A DNA stretch of 64,000 bases from an uncultured Actinomycetota bacterium. GTDB taxonomy: Bacteria > Actinomycetota > Actinomycetes > Propionibacteriales > Propionibacteriaceae. A program made the translations under genes and the position numbers. A model generated the notes under the pieces. That model worked only from the letters and a program-made list of their open reading frames with translations. It searched no databases and was not told the DNA's origin. Of this stretch, positions 40,131 to 51,158 are shown piece by piece (position 1 is the stretch's first letter; each line of letters opens with the position of its first letter). The stretch spans positions 140,827-204,826 of the forward strand of contig CAVSUP010000006.1 of NCBI GenBank assembly GCA_963731295.1, given 5' to 3'.

Positions 40131-40413
40131 GCCATGCAACCTACCCCACCGAAGCAGCGGACCAGGGCCGTCGAGGAACGCGCCGGTGGGTCGATCCGGT
40201 GGCAATGTCGCGGCCCGGACAAACCACCTCAGCGGTCGGCTCGACGGACTCGAAGCCGCGATGATCATCGACAGCGGGTGGCGGTGTGGCCCAGGTCGAG
40301 GAAGTTGATCGAGAACGCCAGGCCCTTCGCGACCTGAGAACCGCGCGGTCCGCAACGGACAACACACAGGGGGTTTCGGACAACACTTCAGACAACACCC
40401 GCTTGGCAGGCTG

Positions 40414-42798
40414 GTGTTCGTGATCCTGAATTCGCGGCCCCCCGGGTGGCGGCGGCCGGCCTGGCGACCTGCGGTGTCGGTGGTCGCCCTGTTGGTCGCC
40501 CTGTTGGTCGCCCCGTTGGTCATGGTGTTGAGCGGCTGCACACCCTCGAACCCATCGCCGACGTCCGCGCTGACATCCTCGCCGGCGGTGGACTCGCCGA
40601 CCGCGACCGGATCCTCGGGGAGCTTTCCCGAGATCGAGCGGGCTGACTTTGGCGCGACTGACCGGATCGACGACCTCGCCACCCGTGGCCCGGTGATCGT
40701 GGCCGCGGGCTTTGTCGACGACGGCCGGCCGCGGGCCGCGTTCCGGTTCTCGCCCGACCGAGGAAAATCCTGGCAGGTCGGCCAAGTCGAGGGAGGAGGG
40801 GCCGGCCTCATCAACCGAGGCGCTGCCCACGTCGTCGCTGGTCGCCACGGGGGCTGGCTGGCCATCGGCTCGTCGACCGAGCACACGACCATCGCGTGGA
40901 CCAGTCAGGACGGCCGCAGCTGGCGGGCCGCTGAGATCGATCACCGGCAACTCGGTGCCACGGACGCCTTCGTCGAGCTCCTCGCGGTGCCGGGAGGCTA
41001 CCTGCTGGTGGGCAGGCGAACCCGATCTGATGGGTCGACCCAGCCCGCGGTCTGGCACTCGACCGACGGCCGGGCGTGGCGCTTTCAGCAGCTGCCGGGA
41101 CGTGGGAGCGTGAACGGCGCGACAGTGGCGCACGGTCTCGTGGTGGCTGTCGGTGCGGTGGGCGACCACGGGCAGATCTGGGTGTCTCGAAACGATGGTC
41201 GAGCGTGGCGGACGCTCCGCCCCGTCGTTCCGACGGCACTGAAAGGGGCGATCGGTGACGCTGAATTGTCGGGTGTCACCGCTTGGGGGCGCGGCTTCCG
41301 GGCGATCGGGACTCACTGGCTGCAGACCTGGCGGCCGCTGGTGCTGTCGTCATCCGCGGCCGGTCGCCGCTGGACCTACGAGTCGTCCTCCACAAGTCTT
41401 CCGCGCAGTCGTACGACGACGAATTTCGGCCAGCAGGTCGTCCGGGCCGGGGGGACCGGCTTGGCGAGCGTCAGACAGGGCGTACGGAGCAGCGCGGTGT
41501 CCTTGTCGTGGCTCGACGGAGGGCGGTGGCGGCGTTCGCGTCAGCCCGAGCCGCAACCGGGTCGTGGCCCGTATGAGCAGTTCATTCCGGGGTTGGTCGC
41601 CAGTGGCCCGGTCGGGGTCACGACCGTGATGGGGGATTCGGGGCGCCGCGAGGTGAGCGAGATCTGGCGGACTGCGGACCACGGGCGCTCATACCAACGC
41701 GTCGAGTTGCCGCCGGTGGCTGATCTGCAGCCGGTCAACCAGCCCACCGCCGTGACGGCCGGCGAAGACGGTCTGCGGGTGACCGGAAACAGCCGCGGGC
41801 TGCCGGTCGTATGGACGGTCGACCACGCCGGAACGGTCAGCCCGCCGCAGCGGCTGAGCTCGCAGGAGCGCTTCCAGACCTCACTGCTCGCGGCAGGAGG
41901 CGGTGGGGTGCTCGTCGCGGGTAGTCGCGCCGGCGGAAACCCGGCCGATGCCGCGGTCTGGACGAACAGCAGCGGTTCTGACTCCTACTTCCACAGCAAG
42001 GCGGCGGCCTTCCAGCGGTCCGGCCGGTATGCCTGGAGTGCGATCACCGATGCCCACTGGATCAAGGGCCGGTGGTACGTGGTGGGTGAGCGAGGACGCG
42101 ACGGCCCGAGCGACCCCTCGGCGCTCATCGCCTCGTCGTCGGACGGAACCCATTGGGATCTCGGGACCGCGGCCACCGCCGGGAGGACGATCGACGGAGT
42201 CCACGTCGACGACCTGCGCGGCAACGAGAAGCAGCCTCGGATCATGTACGACCTTGGCGCGACGTCTCGGGGATGGATTGCGGTCGGCGCGGCCAATCCG
42301 GGCAGTCTCGAACAGCCTGCGGTCTGGCGGTCGCGCGACGGCCGGCACTGGGCGCTGGATTTCCTGCCGACCAAGGGATTTGCCACTGGCCAGATGTCCG
42401 TGGTCGAGGTCCGTGGGTCGACCGTCATCGCCACCGGCCGGGTCGCGAAGAGTGAGACGGCGACGCCCGTTCCGTATGTCTGGCGATCCAGCGACGCCGG
42501 ACAGACCTGGAGCGGCTCGGCTCTGGCCGGTCGGGAGGTGGCGGTAGAACGTCTGGTCCAGACCCCGACGGGCTTCGTGGTCGTCGGGGCCGACGTCAAG
42601 GCGCACCGGCCGAAAGTGTGGTCGTCGACCGACGGCCGGCACTGGAATCCGGTAGCGGTGCCGTGGCCCTCGGTCCCCGACCGGGCGCGGGTTGCCCTCG
42701 TCGATGTCGCGGTCGCCGGAGATGACGTGGTCGGCCTGCTGCGGACGACAACCCCCGACCATGATCAGACCGAGCTCATCCGCTTCCGGCCCTCGTAG
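40414..42798 (+). CDS. Large lipoprotein with multiple Asp-box (BNR) repeats, probable tandem beta-propellers
   Basis: Lipobox VLSGC, Ser/Thr/Pro linker, about 9 motifs such as VWHSTDGRAW, IWVSRNDGRAW, VWRSSDAGQTW. Confidence 0.75.
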   Translation: MFVILNSRPPGWRRPAWRPAVSVVALLVALLVAPLVMVLSGCTPSNPSPTSALTSSPAVDSPTATGSSGSFPEIERADFGATDRIDDLATRGPVIVAAGFVDDGRPRAAFRFSPDRGKSWQVGQVEGGGAGLINRGAAHVVAGRHGGWLAIGSSTEHTTIAWTSQDGRSWRAAEIDHRQLGATDAFVELLAVPGGYLLVGRRTRSDGSTQPAVWHSTDGRAWRFQQLPGRGSVNGATVAHGLVVAVGAVGDHGQIWVSRNDGRAWRTLRPVVPTALKGAIGDAELSGVTAWGRGFRAIGTHWLQTWRPLVLSSSAAGRRWTYESSSTSLPRSRTTTNFGQQVVRAGGTGLASVRQGVRSSAVSLSWLDGGRWRRSRQPEPQPGRGPYEQFIPGLVASGPVGVTTVMGDSGRREVSEIWRTADHGRSYQRVELPPVADLQPVNQPTAVTAGEDGLRVTGNSRGLPVVWTVDHAGTVSPPQRLSSQERFQTSLLAAGGGGVLVAGSRAGGNPADAAVWTNSSGSDSYFHSKAAAFQRSGRYAWSAITDAHWIKGRWYVVGERGRDGPSDPSALIASSSDGTHWDLGTAATAGRTIDGVHVDDLRGNEKQPRIMYDLGATSRGWIAVGAANPGSLEQPAVWRSRDGRHWALDFLPTKGFATGQMSVVEVRGSTVIATGRVAKSETATPVPYVWRSSDAGQTWSGSALAGREVAVERLVQTPTGFVVVGADVKAHRPKVWSSTDGRHWNPVAVPWPSVPDRARVALVDVAVAGDDVVGLLRTTTPDHDQTELIRFRPS

Positions 42799-42865
42799 CC
42801 CGTCGTCACGATGACTGGGGTTCGCGCCTACCGCTCGTGGTCACGACGCCGCTCATCGGTGATCC

Positions 42866-44428
42866 TCAGCGAACCTTGACCTGGATGGTGTGGAATCCGG
42901 TGGCTCCGTCGGGAGCGGGCGGGGCCTGCTCGCTGATCTGCACCCGCCCGGCGGTGTCGGTGGCCCGTACCATGATCTTGTGGGTGCCTGGGGTCGTGGC
43001 CCATTCGTAACGCCATTGACGCCAGGTGTCGGGTCCGGTGGTCTCGGCGAGCTCCGCCGGCTGCCAACCACCGCTGTCGATCTGCACCTCGACGCCCTTG
43101 ATTCCCGTGTGCTGGGCCCAGGCGACACCGGCCACGACGACCGTGCCACCATCGATCGAGCCCCAGCGCGGCACATCGATACGCGAGGAGAGCTTGATCG
43201 GACCCTTTGCCGACCAGCCCAACGGCGTCCAGTACCCCTGGTCCGCTTCGAAGGTGGTGACCTTGAGTTCGGTGACCCACTTGGTTGCGGAGACGTAGCC
43301 GTACAAGCCGGGCACCACCATCCGCACCGGGAATCCATGTTCGATCGGGAGCGGCTCACCATTCATGCCGACGGCCAGCAGGGCTTCGCGATCCGGGTCG
43401 GTCAGTGCTGACAACGGCGTACCTGCGGTCCAGCCGTCATCGCTCGTCGACAGCACCATGTCGGCACCAGCGGCCGGCTTGGCCTGAGCCAGCAGTTCGC
43501 GGATCGGGTAGCCGAGCCAGACCGCGTTGCCGATCAAATCTCCGCCCACATCGTTGGAGACACAGGTCAAGGTCGCTACGTGCTCGACCAGCGGTTTGGC
43601 GCTCAGCTCGGCGTAGTTGATCATCACTTCGTTCTGCACCATGCCGGTGATCTTGAGCGACCATTCGTCCGGCTTGATCACCGGCACCTGGAGCGCGGTG
43701 TCGATTCGATAGAAGTCGTCGTTGGCGGTGACATAGGGGGTCAGGCCGTTGATCTTCAGGTCGGCCCCGGTCGGAATCGGCGGGGCCGGTTTGTTCGGCG
43801 CCGGAAGGTTGAGCTTTTCCCGGGCCGACGTCACCGCGGTGGCCGCACCAGCGAGCAACTGACCGCCAGCGGCGGCCGCGGCCGATACGGCTCCGACCAC
43901 GATCGTCCAGCCGATGAAGTTGCGGCGGGCCGGGGAGTCCGGCTGATCGACCCCCACCGCTCGGCGCGGACGCCAGCGATGCAGCTTGCCGACCAGCGTG
44001 TTCAGCAGCATGTAGCCGAGCAGGAGACCGACGATGATCGGCACGTACGCACTGAGGGCCGCGCCGGGCTGGGCCGCGATACCGATGATGCCCAGAACGG
44101 CGATCACAGCGAACAGCACCGCTCCGCCGAATCGCCGCGAGCGCTCAACCTGCCCGGCAATCGCAGCGACGACCAGCACCGCGACGACGATGATCGCCAA
44201 CAGAATTGGTTTGTCGGCCTGGCCCAGGGTCTCTTTGCCGAAGTTCACCAGCGGACCGGGCAGCAGGTTGATGATCAACTCGCCGACCGCGGGCACCGGC
44301 GAGCCAAGCGGTGAGACCAAGCCGGCGGCGAGACCGGCAATGCCGAGCCCCGCCAGTCCCGAGATCACGCCGACCAGGCGCGCCCACCAGCGAGTCGCTC
44401 GCTCAGTGGGTTGGGCGCGCATATGCAT
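42866..44428 (-). CDS. Membrane-anchored molybdopterin-dependent oxidoreductase (sulfite oxidase family)
   Basis: FYRIDTAL, TLTCVSN, HGFPVRMVVPGLYGYVSATKW; N-terminal TMs. Confidence 0.92.
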   Translation of the reverse strand: MHMRAQPTERATRWWARLVGVISGLAGLGIAGLAAGLVSPLGSPVPAVGELIINLLPGPLVNFGKETLGQADKPILLAIIVVAVLVVAAIAGQVERSRRFGGAVLFAVIAVLGIIGIAAQPGAALSAYVPIIVGLLLGYMLLNTLVGKLHRWRPRRAVGVDQPDSPARRNFIGWTIVVGAVSAAAAAGGQLLAGAATAVTSAREKLNLPAPNKPAPPIPTGADLKINGLTPYVTANDDFYRIDTALQVPVIKPDEWSLKITGMVQNEVMINYAELSAKPLVEHVATLTCVSNDVGGDLIGNAVWLGYPIRELLAQAKPAAGADMVLSTSDDGWTAGTPLSALTDPDREALLAVGMNGEPLPIEHGFPVRMVVPGLYGYVSATKWVTELKVTTFEADQGYWTPLGWSAKGPIKLSSRIDVPRWGSIDGGTVVVAGVAWAQHTGIKGVEVQIDSGGWQPAELAETTGPDTWRQWRYEWATTPGTHKIMVRATDTAGRVQISEQAPPAPDGATGFHTIQVKVR

Positions 44429-44526
44429 GTTCCTATCCTGCGCGCCGCCTGGTCGGCTCACAACTGAAGGCCGATTACCCATCTCTGACGCCGGTTTCGG
44501 CGCTTCGGCCGGGTAGTTTGGTCGCC

Positions 44527-44997
44527 ATGCGGCTCAGCTCGACATCCCTGGTTCCTTGCTCGGTCGAGCGTTTGGGTGCGGAGTTGGTCCGTCCGACATT
44601 GCTGCACCAGATCGCCGCTCCAATGTTGATCTTCCTTCCCTTGGCCCCGGCCGAGATCCCCGAGCGCTGGAAGGTCGACAAGTTCCGCTTCCGGCTGTTG
44701 GTCGGCGGGAAGATCCCGATCGGTGAGCACACGATCAATGTGCAGTTGGTCAACGGCGGCAGCGATGAGCGATCCGGCCGGCAACTGGTCTGGCACGACG
44801 CCGGCTACAGCGATCTGATCAAGGTCTGGGATCACAAGATTGTCCTCGAACCGTTCCACGGAATGACCCGCTACACCGATCAGGTCGAGATCCACGCCGG
44901 CCTGTTGACCATTCCGGCCGTCCTGTTCGCCCGGCTCTTCTACAGCCACCGGCAGCGCAAGCTCAGTCGACTGGTGGCTGCCGGTCTGGTGGGTTGA
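44527..44997 (+). CDS. Hypothetical protein, SRPBCC-like
   Basis: WDHKI...TRYTDQVEIHAG...FYSHRQRKL pattern; GTGA overlap with next gene. Confidence 0.6.
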   Translation: MRLSSTSLVPCSVERLGAELVRPTLLHQIAAPMLIFLPLAPAEIPERWKVDKFRFRLLVGGKIPIGEHTINVQLVNGGSDERSGRQLVWHDAGYSDLIKVWDHKIVLEPFHGMTRYTDQVEIHAGLLTIPAVLFARLFYSHRQRKLSRLVAAGLVG

Positions 44998-45557
44998 CCG
45001 GGGCCGCGGCGCCGCCCGGCTGCGTGGAGTACCGGCCGGGCTGGGTGGCCGACGACGATGCGCTGTCGGCCCGGCTGCAGGCGGAGCTGGACTGGGAGCA
45101 GCACGAGATCACGCTGTTCGGCAAGACCGTCCCGACGCCGCGGCTGACGGCGTGGATCGGTGACGCCGCGTACGCGTATTCCGGCGTCGTCAATCAGCCG
45201 AACGAGTGGACTCCGAATCTGGCCGAACTGCGTGACCGGTTGATTCGCGAGCTCGGGGTGCCGTTCAATTCCTGTCTGGCCAATCTCTACCGGGACGGGT
45301 CGGATTCGATGGGCTACCACAGCGATGACGAACCGGAGCTCGGTCCGCGGCCGACCATCGCCTCGGTCAGTCTGGGTGCTCCACGGCAATTCGTGCTCCG
45401 CCACCGGACCACCCGCGACCGTTGGAGCTGGGCACTCGGTTCCGGTGACCTGCTGGTGATGCGGAACGAATCGCAGTCGAACTATGCGCACGCGGTGCCC
45501 AAGACGCGCCGCCTGACCGGAGCGCGGATGAATCTGACGTTTCGGCTGGTCAGCTGA
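44994..45557 (+). CDS. alkB: AlkB-family 2OG-Fe(II) dioxygenase (ALKBH2/3-like)
   Basis: PRLTAW, NSCLANLYRDG, HSDDE, HAVPK, RMNLTFR. Confidence 0.9.
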   Translation: MTGAAAPPGCVEYRPGWVADDDALSARLQAELDWEQHEITLFGKTVPTPRLTAWIGDAAYAYSGVVNQPNEWTPNLAELRDRLIRELGVPFNSCLANLYRDGSDSMGYHSDDEPELGPRPTIASVSLGAPRQFVLRHRTTRDRWSWALGSGDLLVMRNESQSNYAHAVPKTRRLTGARMNLTFRLVS

Positions 45558-45713
45558 CCATAGTTTGTGAGAATCCGCTGATATCTGCGGCTTCTCGTCA
45601 ACATCGGCTCGATTGTGAATGCCTTCGTCAGTATGAAGGCCTCCTCGACCGCGACGGGGTCATCGCGCTCCAGTGCACCCGGAACTACGTGGCTCGACAT
45701 GACATCGCTCGGC

Positions 45714-47756
45714 TCAGCGGAGACTGGCTTGTGCCGGCTCCGGCTCCTCCTCGATCGCGGCGGCAAACTGGGAGTTGTAGAGCGCGAAGTAGTCACCCCG
45801 AGCATCCAGCAAGTCATAGTGGCTGCCCTGCTCGACGATTTGGCCGTCCTTCATCACCAGGATCACGTCCGCGTCGCGGATGGTGGAGAGCCGGTGGGCG
45901 ATGACGAAGCTGGTCCGATCCGTGCGGAGGGCGGCCATCGCCCGCTGGACCAGCACCTCGGTGCGGGTGTCGACCGAGCTGGTGGCTTCGTCGAGGATCA
46001 GCAACGCCGGGTCGGCCAGGAAGGCGCGGGCAATGGTGATCAGCTGCTTCTCGCCGGCACTGACATTGCTGCCCTCCTCGTCGATCACCGTCTCGTAGCC
46101 ATCGGGCAACGCGTGCACGAAGCGGTCGACGTAGGTCGCCTCGGCCGCGGCATGGATCTCCTCCTCGGTCGCGTCGGGTCGGCCGTAGGCGATGTTGTCG
46201 CGGATCGTGCCGTGGAACAGCCAGGTGTCCTGCAGCACCATGCCGATGTTGGCGCGCAGGGCGGATCGGGGCACGGAAGCGATGTCAACGCCGTCGAGGG
46301 TGATCCGACCGGCGTCGAGCTCGTAGAACCGCATGATCAGATTCACCAGAGTCGTCTTGCCCGCTCCGGTTGGACCGACGATGGCCACCGTGCTTCCCGG
46401 CTCGGCGACCAGCGACAGATCAGTGATCAGCGGCTGCTCCGCGACGTAGGAGAACGAGATGTGCTCGAACTCCACCCGCCCACAGGTCGGATTGAGGCCG
46501 CTCGTCTCCTCAACGGTCTGCTCCTCGGCATCCAACACCTCGAATACCCGCTCGGCCGAAGCAACCCCGGACTGCAACAGGTTGGCCATCGACGCCACCT
46601 GGGTCAGCGGCTGGGTGAACATCCGGGTGTATTGGATGAAGGCCTGGACATCGCCGAGACTCATCGTTCCGCTGGCGACTCGAAGCCCGCCGATCACCGC
46701 GATGGCCACATAGTTGAGGTTGCCGATGAAGAACATGGTCGGCATGATCAGGCCCGAGACGAACTGGGCACCGAAGCTCGATCCGAACAGCGACGCATTG
46801 CGCTCGGCGAACACGGCCTCCACCTCTCGCTGCCGACCGAAGACCTTGACCAGCGATTGACCGGTGAAGGCCTCCTCGATGTGGCCGTTCAGCTCGCCGG
46901 TGGCTTTCCATTGCTGCATGAACAGCTTCTGCGATCGCTTACCGATCGCCGCGGTGACCAGGACCGAGACCGGGATGGTGACCAGCGCGATGATCGCCAG
47001 CACGGGCGAGACCACGAACATCATCACGGTGACGCCGATGACGGTCAGCAGCGAGGTCAGCAGCTGGCTCAGCGTCTGCTGCAACGCCTGCGCGATGTTG
47101 TCGATGTCATTGGTCACCCGGCTGAGCAACTCGCCGCGGGTCTGCCGGTCGAAATAGCTCAGCGGCAGACGGTTGATCTTGGCCTCGACATCGTTGCGGA
47201 GCGTGAAGATCGACCGCTGCACGGCGCCGTTCAGCAGATACCCCTGGAGCCACAAGAAGAGTGATGACACCAGATAGAGCCCGAGGGCCAACAGCAGGAA
47301 GTCACTCAGCAGACCGAAGTCGATGCCCTGGCCGGGGACCACATCGAGCCCCTGGATGAGGTCGGCGAACGTGTCGTTGCCCGCCGCCCGGAGATCGGCG
47401 ATCACCTGCGCCTTGGTCGCCCCCGCTGGGAGATTCTTCCCGATGATGCCGGTGAAGATCACGTCGGTCGCCTTGCCCAGGATCTTCGGGCCGATCACAT
47501 TCATCACGATGCCGACGACGGCGAGAGCGACCACGGCGAGCAGAATCAGCCGCTCGGGGGCCAGATGGCCGAGGAGCCGCTTCATCGACGGCAGGAAGGT
47601 CAGCGATTTCTCCGCGACGCCCTGTTGCCCCCACATCCGATGGCCGCCACCGGTGGGCCCGTACTTGGGTCGTTCCGGAGCCTTCCGCTCCTCGACCGTA
47701 TGGCCGGCCTTGGAGGCCGAAGAAGCTTGCGGATTCGATGCGCCGTTGGTGCTCAT
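45714..47756 (-). CDS. ABC exporter, fused permease/ATPase (heterodimer half 2)
   Basis: [30 protein letters not shown]. Confidence 0.93.
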   Translation of the reverse strand: MSTNGASNPQASSASKAGHTVEERKAPERPKYGPTGGGHRMWGQQGVAEKSLTFLPSMKRLLGHLAPERLILLAVVALAVVGIVMNVIGPKILGKATDVIFTGIIGKNLPAGATKAQVIADLRAAGNDTFADLIQGLDVVPGQGIDFGLLSDFLLLALGLYLVSSLFLWLQGYLLNGAVQRSIFTLRNDVEAKINRLPLSYFDRQTRGELLSRVTNDIDNIAQALQQTLSQLLTSLLTVIGVTVMMFVVSPVLAIIALVTIPVSVLVTAAIGKRSQKLFMQQWKATGELNGHIEEAFTGQSLVKVFGRQREVEAVFAERNASLFGSSFGAQFVSGLIMPTMFFIGNLNYVAIAVIGGLRVASGTMSLGDVQAFIQYTRMFTQPLTQVASMANLLQSGVASAERVFEVLDAEEQTVEETSGLNPTCGRVEFEHISFSYVAEQPLITDLSLVAEPGSTVAIVGPTGAGKTTLVNLIMRFYELDAGRITLDGVDIASVPRSALRANIGMVLQDTWLFHGTIRDNIAYGRPDATEEEIHAAAEATYVDRFVHALPDGYETVIDEEGSNVSAGEKQLITIARAFLADPALLILDEATSSVDTRTEVLVQRAMAALRTDRTSFVIAHRLSTIRDADVILVMKDGQIVEQGSHYDLLDARGDYFALYNSQFAAAIEEEPEPAQASLR

Positions 47757-49489
47757 GCTGCGGCCTCCTCGGCGCTCAGTTGGGAATCGACGATCTCCAC
47801 GTACGTCGGGCAGTCCCGGAGCAGCTCGTCATGGGTGCCGGAACCGACGATCTGCCCGTGCTCGAGCACGATGATCTTGTCGGCGTCGGCAATCGTGGCG
47901 ACGCGTTGTCCGACGATGATCACCGCGGCGCCGCGGGTCTCGCGTTTCAGCGCGGCCCGCAATCGGGCATCGGTGGCCACATCCAGAGCCGAGAACGAGT
48001 CGTCGAAGACATAGATCTCCGGCTTCTTGATCAGCGCCCGGGCGATGGAGAGCCGTTGTCGCTGGCCACCGGAGACGTTCGTCCCGCCTTGGGCGATCGG
48101 TGCGTCCAGCCGGCCGGGCATCTCGCGGACGAAGTCTTCGGCCTGAGCGGTCCGGAGCGCCTCCCACAGCTCGTCATCGGTGGCATCGGGACGGCCGTAC
48201 CGCAGATTGCTGGCCACGGTCCCGGAGAACAGGAATGGCTTCTGCGGGACCAGCCCGATGCGGCTCCAGAGCAGATCCGAATCGCAGTCGCGGACCTCGA
48301 CGCCGTCGACCCGGACCGACCCGCCCGTAGCGTCGAAGAGTCGGGGAATCAGGGAGATCAGCGTCGACTTGCCGGCACCGGTCGATCCGATGATCGCAGT
48401 CGTCTGGCCCGGAGCCGCTGTGAACGTGACGTCGCGGAGCACCGGCGCCTCGGCGCCGGGATAGGTGAACTCGGTGGCCGTGAACTCCACCAGCGAGGTC
48501 TTGGTCAGCTCGGTGACCGGACGGGCGGGCAGGACGACCGACGACTCGGTGTCCAGCACCTCCTGGATCCGCTCGGCGCAGACGGCCGCTCGGGGCGCGA
48601 TCATCAACAGGAAGGTCGCCATCATCACCGACATCAGGATCTGCACCAGGTAGGTGAGGAAGGCGGTCAGGGAACCGATCTGCATCTGTCCGGAGTCGAT
48701 CCGCTGCGCGCCGAACCACAGCACGGCAACGCTCGACATGTTCAGGATGAACATCACGATCGGGAAGATCGACGCCATCAGCCGACCGACCGCAGTGGCA
48801 GTTTCGGTCAGATCGCCGTTGGCGCGGGAGAACCGGTCCGTCTCGAAGGGCTCGCGGACGAAGGCCCGGACCACCCGGATACCGCTGATCTGCTCGCGTA
48901 ACACCCGGTTGACGACATCGATCCGGTCCTGCATCAGTCGGAACAGCGGCCGCATCTTGCGAATGACCAGGAAGATCGACCCCCCGAGCACCGGCACCGC
49001 AACCGCGACCAGCCAGGACAGGCCGATGTCCTCCCGCAGGGCCATGATCACGCCGCCGACCATGGTGATCGGTGCGGCGACGAACATCGTGCTGGAGAGC
49101 AACACGAGCATCTGGACCTGTTGGACGTCGTTGGTGTTGCGGGTGATCAGCGATGGCGCACCGAAGTGATTCAACTCCCGGGCCGAGAAGGCGAGGACCC
49201 GCTGGAAGATCGATCCGCGGACGTCGCGACCGAAACCCATCGCCGTACGCGCACCAAGGTAGGTCGCGGCGATCGCGCAGACGACCTGAACCAGGCTGAC
49301 GATCAGCATGATCCCGCCGGTCCGCCAGATGAAGTCCGTGTCGCCCTTGGCCACGCCCTGGTCGATGATCGAGGCATTGAGGCTGGGCAGGAAGAGCGAA
49401 GCCATGGTCCCGATGAGTTGCAAGACCACCACACCGAGCAGCAGGCGCCGGTAGGAAACCAGATAGGTACGAAGCAGGCGGATCAGCAT
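47753..49489 (-). CDS. ABC exporter, fused permease/ATPase (heterodimer half 1)
   Basis: [21 protein letters not shown], degenerate FDDSFSALD. Confidence 0.93.
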   Translation of the reverse strand: MLIRLLRTYLVSYRRLLLGVVVLQLIGTMASLFLPSLNASIIDQGVAKGDTDFIWRTGGIMLIVSLVQVVCAIAATYLGARTAMGFGRDVRGSIFQRVLAFSARELNHFGAPSLITRNTNDVQQVQMLVLLSSTMFVAAPITMVGGVIMALREDIGLSWLVAVAVPVLGGSIFLVIRKMRPLFRLMQDRIDVVNRVLREQISGIRVVRAFVREPFETDRFSRANGDLTETATAVGRLMASIFPIVMFILNMSSVAVLWFGAQRIDSGQMQIGSLTAFLTYLVQILMSVMMATFLLMIAPRAAVCAERIQEVLDTESSVVLPARPVTELTKTSLVEFTATEFTYPGAEAPVLRDVTFTAAPGQTTAIIGSTGAGKSTLISLIPRLFDATGGSVRVDGVEVRDCDSDLLWSRIGLVPQKPFLFSGTVASNLRYGRPDATDDELWEALRTAQAEDFVREMPGRLDAPIAQGGTNVSGGQRQRLSIARALIKKPEIYVFDDSFSALDVATDARLRAALKRETRGAAVIIVGQRVATIADADKIIVLEHGQIVGSGTHDELLRDCPTYVEIVDSQLSAEEAAA

Positions 49490-50082
49490 GGCGGCCGTTC
49501 TTTGGAAGGTGGCGTGAGAATTCCGTGCAGGACCAGATCGACGATCTGGGTGGGTTCGTTGAGGCGATGCTCGTTGAGCATCGGGTGGGTGAGTGCGAAG
49601 GTGACCATCCGCAACGCTTTCGTGGCCTCGTCCGCACCGATCCTCAGATGATCGCGATCAGGTCCGAGCACGCCGAGGATTGCCGCATCGAGTCGCTCGT
49701 TGTCCTGGTGCTGTCGATCGCGGAATCGGCTGGGGTCGTGATCGGGCCTGAGGCGCAGCGAGTGGAAGAGCGCGAACACCCGTCGCAGCCGACCCTGGAG
49801 CACCGCCACGGCAGCGACCAGTCGCGTCTCCAGCGGCAGCGTGCCGTCGATCTCCGCCAGCTCGTCACAGGTGTGCCGGACGTCGAAGACGTCGTCGAGC
49901 ACCGCGTCGATCAACGCCTCCTTGGTCGCGAAGGCGCGAAAGATCGTGCCCTCGGCGACCCCGGCGGCCTGGGCGATCTGCCGGGTGCTGACGTCGCGAC
50001 CGAACTGCTCGAGCAGCGGCTCCGTGGCGGCGATCAACGCGGCCCGGCGCTCGTCGAGTGGGAGTGGTGCGGCACGGCTCAC
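49483..50082 (-). CDS. TetR/AcrR family regulator
   Basis: STRQIAQAAGVAEGTIFRAFATKEAL. Confidence 0.92.
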   Translation of the reverse strand: MSRAAPLPLDERRAALIAATEPLLEQFGRDVSTRQIAQAAGVAEGTIFRAFATKEALIDAVLDDVFDVRHTCDELAEIDGTLPLETRLVAAVAVLQGRLRRVFALFHSLRLRPDHDPSRFRDRQHQDNERLDAAILGVLGPDRDHLRIGADEATKALRMVTFALTHPMLNEHRLNEPTQIVDLVLHGILTPPSKERPPC

Positions 50083-50097
50083 GAGAAGAGAGAGTAA

Positions 50098-50115
50098 TGA
50101 GTGAGCACTCACTCA
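50098..50115. promoter_or_regulatory. Candidate TetR operator
   Basis: Perfect IR TGAGTGAG-CA-CTCACTCA ~15 bp upstream of the TetR start. Confidence 0.75.
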
Positions 50116-50154
50116 ACAAGTGATTTTAGGTATCGATCTGCGGTGTCGGTCAAG

Positions 50155-50847
50155 ATGGGCCCACCAGAGGTTCAAGCAGAGGAGCGTGCGGTGGGTCTAG
50201 GTCGGTTGTCCGACGAGGTGTTCGAGGCGGTCATTTTCGACATGGACGGCACGTTGATCGACTCGGTGCCGGCCGTCGAGCGCTCCTGGGGCATCTGGGC
50301 CGCCGAGTACGGGCTCGATGTCGACACGATCCGCCAGTATCACGGTGTCCCCGCGGCCGGAGTCGTCGAGTTGCTGATCGCGGAGGACCAACGCGAGTCG
50401 GCCATCAACCGGATCAACGAGATCGAGGTGGTCGACGTCGAAGGCATCGTCGTGTTGCCCGGCGCCGCCGAGGCCCTGTCGGCGTTGGTGGGGGCCAAGA
50501 ACGCGATCGCCACGTCGTGCACGAGCGCCCTGGCCGAGGCTCGGATCGTGGTGACCGGCCTCCGGGTCCCGACGGTGCTCGTCACGGCCGATCAGGTGAG
50601 CCGGGGGAAGCCGGATCCCGAGCCGTTCCTCACCGCAGCCGCGCGGCTGGGGGCCGACCCGACCCGCTGCCTGGTGGTCGAGGACGCGCCGGCCGGGATT
50701 GCTGCCGCTCGGGCGGCCGGCTGCTTCAGTCTCGGCGTCTTGACCACGACGGCCGAAGACAACCTGCCCGCCGATGCGTTGATCCCTGATCTTTCCGCCG
50801 TCCGATTCGAGGTCGTCGACGGCGGCATCCGGATCCGCGAAGCCTGA
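50155..50847 (+). CDS. HAD-IA family phosphatase (sugar-phosphatase-like)
   Basis: FDMDGTLIDS, IATS, GKPDPEPF, VVEDAPAG; start uncertain. Confidence 0.9.
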   Translation: MGPPEVQAEERAVGLGRLSDEVFEAVIFDMDGTLIDSVPAVERSWGIWAAEYGLDVDTIRQYHGVPAAGVVELLIAEDQRESAINRINEIEVVDVEGIVVLPGAAEALSALVGAKNAIATSCTSALAEARIVVTGLRVPTVLVTADQVSRGKPDPEPFLTAAARLGADPTRCLVVEDAPAGIAAARAAGCFSLGVLTTTAEDNLPADALIPDLSAVRFEVVDGGIRIREA

Positions 50848-50856
50848 TCCCGATCG

Positions 50857-50921
50857 ACGGTCTCGAGGGCTCGACGGTCTCGAGGGCTCGAGGGTTCGAG
50901 AGTCGAGAGGAGTCGAGAGGT
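50857..50921. repeat. Degenerate TCGAG-rich short tandem repeat between convergent genes
   Basis: gacggtctcgagggctc x2 then tcgagggttcgagagtcgagaggagtcgagagg. Confidence 0.65.
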
Positions 50922-50925
50922 CGCG

Positions 50926-51114
50926 TCAGCCGGTCTTGCGGCGGAAGACCCGCTTGGTTTCCACCGGACCGTGCGGATGAGGATTTTCCGGCTGGGTGTC
51001 GAGGTGGTCTTCGCCCCGCCGTCCCTGCTTCGCTTCCAGCGCTTCGCGGAACTTGCGCTTGGTCTCGTCCTCGGGGACGTTCTTCTTTCCACCGGACTTA
51101 CTGCTGGCGCTCAT
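50926..51114 (-). CDS. DUF5302 family small protein
   Basis: ETKRKFREALEAK...HGP...RVFRRKTG. Confidence 0.8.
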   Translation of the reverse strand: MSASSKSGGKKNVPEDETKRKFREALEAKQGRRGEDHLDTQPENPHPHGPVETKRVFRRKTG

Positions 51115-51158
51115 GGCATCCAATCTCTATCGATGGTTCGGGGATTGTCAGCGGGTGT

